Assembly (NCBI GenBank): GCA_021498095.1
Contig: JAIZWK010000001.1
Location: 3,600,001 to 3,632,000 of the forward strand
DNA: 32,000 nucleotides
Direction: 5' to 3'
DNA from: Candidatus Harpocratesius repetitus
Lineage (GTDB): Archaea > Asgardarchaeota > Lokiarchaeia > Sigyniarchaeales > Promethearchaeaceae
Below the pieces are notes generated by a model that ran no database searches, was not told the DNA's origin, and saw nothing but the letters and a program-made list of their open reading frames with translations. Positions 25,428-32,000 of the stretch are shown here, piece after piece; positions within the stretch are counted from its first letter, which is position 1, and every line of letters begins with the position of its first letter. The position numbers were made by a program, and so were the translations under genes.

Positions 25428-26939
25428 TTGTTCTTTATTTTAAATATGAAAGAGAAACTAGCAATTCAGATGATTTTTCAAATTTCTATAAGAATTTTGT
25501 CAATGATTAGTACTTATATTTTTATTTTAAAAGTTTCGTCTGGAATATATGGAACGATCCATTTTGTTTCAGATACAATTCAAATGTTTTTAGTTCTTAT
25601 CTCAATCGGATTTGATTCTATCTTAAATAAACAATCAAAAGAGCATAATTTTAGAGAAATTTTTGTAAACTATTTTTATATTAAGTTATTTCTAATTCTT
25701 ATCAATTTTATTCCTATTTTTATATTTATTATAATTATGAATTACGATTTTTCGTTCTATTTTGTAATTACAGCATTTTCTATCATGCTAAATAATATAA
25801 GCGGAAGTCTAATTTGGATAATCAAAGCACGTTTTAAGCTTTTTAAAGTAAATATTATTGGTTTTGTATATAATTTACTTAACTCAATATTAACTATATT
25901 TCTTGCTTTAAATTTAGATAAAATTTCAGATATTTTAGTTTTAGTTGGAATAATTGCTCTTGGTTCCTCTTTTCTTAATTTCACTATGGTAGCTTTAGTT
26001 GTTAGAAAAGAATTTCAATTTAAAAGAATTAATTTTCTAATTATTAAAAAAATGATATTTGAAGCAAAACCACTAATTTTAGTTTCGATTTTTGCAACTT
26101 TTACAAATTACTTCGGAAATTTCCTATTAGGATATGCATATGGAGTTGTAATCTATGCAGAATTTGCTTTTGTGAATTCAGTAATTATTAGTTTTTTGTT
26201 ATTTATAAGTAATAGCATTACTGAGAATTACCAAACATTATACTCTATTTGGATAAAAGAAAATTCATATGAGAAAATTAGAAGGTTTGCCAATAAACTT
26301 GAAAAATTTTCTTCTATTTTCTTTGGATTAATTTTAACTGGAACTTTATTAAACGCAAAAATTGCATTAAAATTATTCCTTCCGAATTATATTAATTCCT
26401 TAATTTATATCCAAATTCTTATTTTTGTGCCTTACATTGCCAGTATTTCTCGACCTTATGGAAAAATCCTTGTTCCTGCAGGAAAACAAAAAGAATTATC
26501 ATTATTAACTTTTGTAAAACTAATAATACGATTAGTATTTTCATTAATATTAATCCCTCAGTCAATTTTTAGCATTAAAATGATTGGATTAGGAGTAATT
26601 GGAAATTGTATTGTAATATTGACTCCTTGGATTATTGATTTATTTTATTATCGGATTTATTTAAAAAAAACCTTCAATATTTTATTTTATACTCGGATTT
26701 TCGTTCATCTCTTGATAATAATTGTTATTCTAGGATTATCATATATAATCAAAAAATTTATTATCGAGATATTAATTAGTTCTGATTTAATCATTTTATT
26801 TTTATCTTCCTTTATTCTAACAATTTTATATTTTGGAGGATTTATTATCACAAAAGAAATTACAAAATCAGATATTGATTTCATTAAAAAATTTATAAAA
26901 ATTAAAAACTATAAAAATGCAATTAAGTCAGAATTTTAA
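25428..26939 (+). CDS. Oligosaccharide flippase (Wzx/MOP superfamily); likely start ATG 25446
   Basis: About 500 aa with 12-14 hydrophobic segments, YGTIHF, PYGKILVPAGKQK, located inside a glycan cluster. Confidence 0.85.
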   Translation: MFFILNMKEKLAIQMIFQISIRILSMISTYIFILKVSSGIYGTIHFVSDTIQMFLVLISIGFDSILNKQSKEHNFREIFVNYFYIKLFLILINFIPIFIFIIIMNYDFSFYFVITAFSIMLNNISGSLIWIIKARFKLFKVNIIGFVYNLLNSILTIFLALNLDKISDILVLVGIIALGSSFLNFTMVALVVRKEFQFKRINFLIIKKMIFEAKPLILVSIFATFTNYFGNFLLGYAYGVVIYAEFAFVNSVIISFLLFISNSITENYQTLYSIWIKENSYEKIRRFANKLEKFSSIFFGLILTGTLLNAKIALKLFLPNYINSLIYIQILIFVPYIASISRPYGKILVPAGKQKELSLLTFVKLIIRLVFSLILIPQSIFSIKMIGLGVIGNCIVILTPWIIDLFYYRIYLKKTFNILFYTRIFVHLLIIIVILGLSYIIKKFIIEILISSDLIILFLSSFILTILYFGGFIITKEITKSDIDFIKKFIKIKNYKNAIKSEF

Positions 26940-27022
26940 CAGACAGATATGACTAGATAAAAAATTATTAGATTACTTTACAAAATCAAAAATATGAAGA
27001 ATAAATTAAAAAACTGCAAATT

Positions 27023-27742
27023 TCAAAGAAACTTTTTTCTTTTTTTTATTAAAAATTCTGCAATATCCCAGTCATATTGATCATCGATATCAATACTTCT
27101 CTCTTTTGGCATGATATAGGGGATACAATTACGACCAATGATTCTTCTTTCTTTTAGTAATAATTCAGTTTTAGTTAAATAAATTGCGGCACCGTTTCGA
27201 GCATATAGTGGTTCTAAATCTTGTCTTCTTTTAATTTTCGATTGTGAATTTATATAACCTTTTATATATTTCTTATTTTTTTTCATTATTTTTTCAGGAT
27301 GATATATATGTGGTACTTCTACAACACTGACTAAAGAATCTGCTTGTGGATCATTTAGAATTAATTGAATTGAATTATCAATATCTTTTGCAGTTCTTAA
27401 TGGAGAAGTTGGTTGTAATATCATTATATAATCGGGTCTATACTGCTCTTTATCATTAAGATAATGTAAAGCATGAATTACAACATCAATGGTTTTTGAT
27501 TCGTCAGATGATAATGATACTGGTCTTTGGAATGGAGCTTCCATACCGCATGATTTGGAATAATTTATTATGTCTGGATCATCACTGGAAACAATGCATC
27601 TCGAAAGATATTTTGATTTTTCTACAGCATTAAAAGTATATTTTATAAGCGGTATTCCATTCAATGTTCGGATATTTTTTCGTAAAATCGTTTTTGATCC
27701 TCCACGTGCAGGAATTATACCCAAAATTTGTTTAATGTGCAT
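27023..27742 (-). CDS. neuA: Acylneuraminate cytidylyltransferase, copy 2
   Basis: IIPARGGSKTILRKN, VSSDD, RPVSLSSD, ILQPTSPLR, RNGAAIY, SIDIDDQYD; overlaps the neuC end by 11 nt. Confidence 0.93.
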   Translation of the reverse strand: MHIKQILGIIPARGGSKTILRKNIRTLNGIPLIKYTFNAVEKSKYLSRCIVSSDDPDIINYSKSCGMEAPFQRPVSLSSDESKTIDVVIHALHYLNDKEQYRPDYIMILQPTSPLRTAKDIDNSIQLILNDPQADSLVSVVEVPHIYHPEKIMKKNKKYIKGYINSQSKIKRRQDLEPLYARNGAAIYLTKTELLLKERRIIGRNCIPYIMPKERSIDIDDQYDWDIAEFLIKKRKKFL

Positions 27743-28931
27743 TTATATCACTAAATTTTCTATAGAATTTTTTCTGAACATTCACATCAATATTTTCTAA
27801 AATTGAAACAATTTTTTTTGCAGCATTTCCAGTTCCATATATCGGATCTGAAGGATATTTTCCATGTTTTATCTGAGTAATAATTGCTTTCTTAATTTCA
27901 TCTGAATTATATGAAACATCTATCACGTTTTTACCTCTCGCTCGGTCTGATTGTCTTGTGCCAATATTAACTACTGGAGTTCCTATAAAAGCACCTTCTC
28001 TAATTCCACTACTTGAATTTCCAATCAAACAAGCAGTTTTATCCATCAACCATATATATATATTTAAGGGTAAGTTTTTAAAGAAATGAAATTGCTTATC
28101 TAGCCCTCTTTCTCGAAATTTTCGAATTCCTCGAGAAATATGATCACTTCCTGCATCCACATTTGGCCAAAGCATAATTACTGGATAATTATATTCCTTC
28201 GAAACTTCAGAAACTGCGTTTAATGTATTTGTGATTTGTTGTTCTCCTAATCCAAATTCAGTAGTGACAGGATGTTGAGAAACTAATAAAAATCCATTAT
28301 TAATGTCAAATATTGATCCAACACCATTTTTACGAATGATTTGGTTTATAATATCTTTATCATAATCAGTTTCTAAAATTTCTTTTATACTATCAATTCT
28401 AGGGCATCCAACATTAAAAACAAATTCTTCATTTTCTCCCATTTGAATAATTGTTTTTCTAGCAAGTTCATTTGCAGGAAAATGAACATGTGATATTTTT
28501 GTTATTGCATGTCGAATAATTTCATCTACAGTCCCAGAAAGTTCTCCTCCCATAGTATGCACGATAGGAATATTCATATAGAGAGCAGCAATAGCAGCTG
28601 TTAACATTTCAAATCGATCTCCAACAATTAAAAAAAAATCTGGAGAATATTTATGAAGTAAGCTTGGAAGTTCAATAAGACCCATGCCTGCAGATTTTGC
28701 CATTGTGATTAAATTCTCACCTTCAAAAATAGTATAAATCTTCTCATTAACCTTAAATCCATCTTCTTCAACAATTTTAATTACTTCACCAAATTTATCG
28801 AGAAGTGCTGAAGCACCTACAAAAAGAACCAAATTTAATTTCTCAGAATTCTTAATTTCACGCATAATTGATTTTAAACTTGAGTAATTTGCTCGACTTC
28901 CCAAAAATATACAAACATTTCGCTTTTTCAA
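27732..28931 (-). CDS. neuC: Hydrolysing UDP-GlcNAc 2-epimerase (NeuC/LegG family); TTG start
   Basis: GSRANYS, VGDRFEML, HTMGGELSGTVDEIIRHAITKISHVHF, QHPVTTE, WPNVDAG, GNSSSGIRE, NIGTRQ. Confidence 0.93.
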   Translation of the reverse strand: MKKRNVCIFLGSRANYSSLKSIMREIKNSEKLNLVLFVGASALLDKFGEVIKIVEEDGFKVNEKIYTIFEGENLITMAKSAGMGLIELPSLLHKYSPDFFLIVGDRFEMLTAAIAALYMNIPIVHTMGGELSGTVDEIIRHAITKISHVHFPANELARKTIIQMGENEEFVFNVGCPRIDSIKEILETDYDKDIINQIIRKNGVGSIFDINNGFLLVSQHPVTTEFGLGEQQITNTLNAVSEVSKEYNYPVIMLWPNVDAGSDHISRGIRKFRERGLDKQFHFFKNLPLNIYIWLMDKTACLIGNSSSGIREGAFIGTPVVNIGTRQSDRARGKNVIDVSYNSDEIKKAIITQIKHGKYPSDPIYGTGNAAKKIVSILENIDVNVQKKFYRKFSDINAH

Positions 28932-28991
28932 AGTTATTCCTCTTCTTTCTATATTGGATTATGAAAATAGTCAAAAAATTGAAAATATTTT

Positions 28992-30032
28992 TCATTCTAA
29001 AAATGAGTATAATATTTGTTCATTGTGATTTATATCACATTTTAATTTTTTACCAATAATTTCATGGTATTTATCAGCTCTAATTCCATTACCTGGCTTT
29101 TTAAAATCCAAGTCTGAAATCTCAAGAATCTTGCCTTTTGGAAGATTTTTGGAAGCAACTATGCTTTTTTCAAATACTAGTTTCATTTGTTTATATTTTT
29201 CTAGATTATTTTTATCAACTGGATTTATTAGAACTTTTTCAATAAATCGAATTTCATCGATAAAAGATTTCATTTCATGAGGTTCAAAGGAAAATCTTGC
29301 ATCTGCACCATACATTTTTTTTGATAATGTAAAGTGTTTCTCAAAGATAGTTGCCCCGGAATATAAAGCAGCAATAGCAGAGCTACTAGAAAGAGTATGA
29401 TCAGAAAAACCAATGGGTATACCAGGATAGCGTTTTTTCATTTCTTGAATAACATTTATTCCGACTGATTCTGGTTGACAAGGATATTCTGAAGAACATT
29501 GAAAAATCATGCAAAGATTATTTTTTAATGCATTTACTGCCTGATCAATTTCATCCCAATTTGACATACCAGTAGAAAGTAAGACAGGAATTTGTTGTTT
29601 GTCAATATATTCTAAAAGAGGTAAATTAGTGGTTTCACCAGATGCTATCTTAAATCCATCAATTTTTAATTTAGTTAAAATTTCTGCTGCTTTTTGAGAG
29701 AAAGGAGATACAATAAAATCTAAACCTAAAGAATGAGTAAAATCACGCAATTTTTCCCATTCTAGATATGTAAAAGATGTTCGGTTAAAATATTCATATC
29801 GTTTTTCAATAGTAAAGTAAGGAGGGGTAGGAGCATCCGCCAGAGTCTCTGCTTCTGATATATGCATTTGAAATTTTACTGCATCAACACCCGATTTTGT
29901 AGCTTCTTCAATTAATCGAATAGCATTTCCAAAACTTCCATCATGATTCATTCCTATCTCAGCTATAATGTAACAATTTTTAGACTGTATTTTTTGAAGT
30001 AATTTATTCATTCTTACATAAATTAAAATCAC
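28992..30032 (-). CDS. neuB: N-acetylneuraminate (nonulosonate) synthase with SAF domain, copy 2; likely start ATG 30011
   Basis: IAEIGMNHDGS, DAVKFQ, FKIASGE, LLSTGMS, QCSSEYP, GFSDHT, EKHFTLSK, KKPGNGI. Confidence 0.94.
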   Translation of the reverse strand: MILIYVRMNKLLQKIQSKNCYIIAEIGMNHDGSFGNAIRLIEEATKSGVDAVKFQMHISEAETLADAPTPPYFTIEKRYEYFNRTSFTYLEWEKLRDFTHSLGLDFIVSPFSQKAAEILTKLKIDGFKIASGETTNLPLLEYIDKQQIPVLLSTGMSNWDEIDQAVNALKNNLCMIFQCSSEYPCQPESVGINVIQEMKKRYPGIPIGFSDHTLSSSSAIAALYSGATIFEKHFTLSKKMYGADARFSFEPHEMKSFIDEIRFIEKVLINPVDKNNLEKYKQMKLVFEKSIVASKNLPKGKILEISDLDFKKPGNGIRADKYHEIIGKKLKCDINHNEQILYSFLE

Positions 30033-30395
30033 CTAATATTAATTTTCATCTGTTTTTAAGCTAAATTATTTTCAAATTTGTTGATATCATAACAAGTGTT
30101 AGTATCTCTTACTATAGTAATCAAACTATTTATTATTTCAAAAATATGAAAGAATTGAATAAAAATATGTAAGAATAGAAATAAAATGATAAGAATTGAA
30201 GAAAATGATAAAAATTGAGATAAAAAATAAAAATGGTAAAGAATTTGCGAAAACAAATATTGAACTATAATATGATCACTTTAGGATGGAAATTTATTAG
30301 ATAATAACATGAAATATAAATAGAATTAATAATTAATTAACCAATATTTGAAAATATGAACAGATTTAGAATTTATATTATTATAATAAGATGAT

Positions 30396-31469
30396 TTGAA
30401 TAAAATGACTCGTTTAAACTATTTCCGATTTGCCAAGAATTTTACACTCAATAATTTTTCCTTCAACCATATTTATAAGCCTTTAAACGCCCAGATTGAA
30501 CTTACCTTAAAATGTAATGCTCAATGCGTATTTTGTTCCATTTGGCACCCTGATTTTCAAAAAGAATTGCAAGAGGAAATGAAAACGGATGAAGTCAAAA
30601 AAATAATTGATGATTTGCATGAACTTGGTGTTCAAGTTGTTAATTTTACAGGGGGCGAGCCAACTCTTCGGTCAGATCTGCCAGAGCTCATTTCATATGT
30701 AAAAAGCAGGGGAATGATGCCCACAGTAGCCAGTAATGGTTTATCGTTGTATAAATGGATAAAAAACGGTAAATTTAAAGACTTGGAGCTGATTATGGTT
30801 TCTTTAGATTGGCCTTTTCCAGAAAAGCACGATCTTTATCGGGGAATTCATATTTTTAAGCAGGCAGTTAAAGGTATTCGAGCAGCAGTGCTTGAACGAA
30901 AGACTGTGATTATATCAATGGTCGTTACCAAAGAAAATCTTCAATATATGGAAGAAATGAGCCGATTAGCAAAAAAATTGGGCGCGATGATTGAAATGTT
31001 ACCATGCGAAAATATAATTAGAGAGCAAGATACTCCGCATGTGGTGGAAAATATCACATCATTTATTCCTGATTTACATAAATATGCGCAAGAAATCCGA
31101 AGATTGGTAAAAAAATATCCAAATATACTAACAGACACAATTACTGCAGATATTATTGAAGCAGGTGGATTTGGATATCAAAATATGCTTCACTGTGTTT
31201 CAGCCAGAGCCTTTTTGGTAATAAATTATAAAGGTGAAGTAGTATTTCCTTGTAAAATTCACCCCATTTTGCGCGTTAATGTAAAAAAGAAATCATTATA
31301 TGATGTATATCATTCATATGAAGCAAAACAGATCATGGATATGAAGGATGGGTTTCCATTTTGCAAGGGGTGTCGATTAGGTTGTGCCATTGCCGCTTCA
31401 ATACCTACCCGATGGGCGACTTTATACGAAAAATATATTCGGGCATTTATCAATGGTAATCTTTTTTAG
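30396..31469 (+). CDS. Radical SAM protein with C-terminal SPASM/twitch-like domain
   Basis: CNAQCVFC (CxxxCxxC), FTGGEPTLR, ASNG, VSLD; C-terminal HC...PC...CKGCRLGC. Confidence 0.92.
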   Translation: MNKMTRLNYFRFAKNFTLNNFSFNHIYKPLNAQIELTLKCNAQCVFCSIWHPDFQKELQEEMKTDEVKKIIDDLHELGVQVVNFTGGEPTLRSDLPELISYVKSRGMMPTVASNGLSLYKWIKNGKFKDLELIMVSLDWPFPEKHDLYRGIHIFKQAVKGIRAAVLERKTVIISMVVTKENLQYMEEMSRLAKKLGAMIEMLPCENIIREQDTPHVVENITSFIPDLHKYAQEIRRLVKKYPNILTDTITADIIEAGGFGYQNMLHCVSARAFLVINYKGEVVFPCKIHPILRVNVKKKSLYDVYHSYEAKQIMDMKDGFPFCKGCRLGCAIAASIPTRWATLYEKYIRAFINGNLF

Positions 31470-31569
31470 ATTTTTTAAAGTGATGAATATAATACAATAA
31501 CTAAAATCAGAAAAATCGGAAAATCGGAAAAATCTAAAAACAATCAGTAATCAAATATAATAAAAAAAT

Positions 31570-31986
31570 TTACAAGCGCTCTTTCCAACCCTTATCTTTT
31601 TTATATCTAAAATCCTCATTAACAGATTGTGTGTATGAAGAATCAGTTGTAGTTGTGTCAACAGATAAATCCTTCTTATAGGTTCCCATTCGATCATTAG
31701 GATCTGTATAAATAATATTAGATTGTAGAGCTCGTAATTTGTCATGAATAATTTCTTTTTTCTTTATTTTATCAGGGTTTAACTTTTTATAAATCATCTT
31801 AACAATCATGATTACAAACGCTGCAGCAAAAGAAACAAGTAAATAAAGCGAAAAGAGAGTTCGTCCAAAAATAAAGGTAAAGGGAAGATATTCATCATAT
31901 CCACCATACAATAACCGCATTAATCCCCACATGGCAAAAAAGACAACAGATCTTATCATCATGGGTAAGAATTGTTTTTTGGACAT
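31570..31986 (-). CDS. Small hypothetical membrane protein (two N-terminal TM helices, polar tail)
   Basis: 138 aa; hydrophobic IRSVVFFAMWGLM and LFSLYLLVSFAAAFVIMIV segments. Confidence 0.7.
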   Translation of the reverse strand: MSKKQFLPMMIRSVVFFAMWGLMRLLYGGYDEYLPFTFIFGRTLFSLYLLVSFAAAFVIMIVKMIYKKLNPDKIKKKEIIHDKLRALQSNIIYTDPNDRMGTYKKDLSVDTTTTDSSYTQSVNEDFRYKKDKGWKERL

Positions 31987-32000
31987 TTCGCTTACTAATT

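Noticed and set aside
30056-30256. 66-aa hydrophobic ORF upstream of neuB2
   Set aside because: F/I/L-rich composition is what T-rich intergenic DNA produces; no SD or motif seen, though a small membrane protein cannot be fully excluded
449-31745. Short ORFs overlapping real genes (449, 4113, 4751, 5616, 6363, 6433, 6721, 6768, 12709, 14303, 16444, 25757, 27570, 28868, 30941, 31551)
   Set aside because: Antisense or off-frame shadows of well-supported CDSs, with no recognisable motifs
1-32000. tRNA, rRNA, CRISPR arrays, integrases or phage genes
   Set aside because: None seen: the window is almost fully coding and no regular repeat-spacer or cloverleaf-like segments were found by eye

Overview
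AT-rich window dominated by a surface-glycan (capsule or N-glycan) biosynthesis locus. The host is most likely an Asgard archaeon (Lokiarchaeia-like); this is inferred from a beta-propeller surface protein ending in an IPGY-TM-basic Loki-CTERM-type tail. Left (1-7.4 kb, minus strand): a decayed rfbB/rfbD pair fused by a deletion, two nucleotide-sugar dehydrogenases, a WbpP-like epimerase, an intact rfbC and a Gfo/Idh/MocA oxidoreductase. At 7.6-10.9 kb: the surface protein and a probable IS remnant. At 10.9-30 kb (very low GC): two separate nonulosonic-acid (sialic-acid-like) gene sets. Set 1 is NeuA + endonuclease IV-like TIM barrel + perosamine-synthase-like aminotransferase + Gmd + an atypical NeuB + acetyltransferase; set 2 is a classical neuBCA. 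Between and around them are three uncharacterised GT-B-like transferases, a tandem double nucleotidyltransferase, a PAPS-dependent sulfotransferase, a GT2 and a flippase. The right end has a radical SAM protein and a small membrane protein. Most interesting hypothesis: set 1 encodes a GDP-mannose -> GDP-N-acetylperosamine -> 7-acetamido-3,7,9-trideoxynonulosonate route, on a sulfated glycan carrying two nonulosonates. All assignments come from motif reading; no database searches were run.
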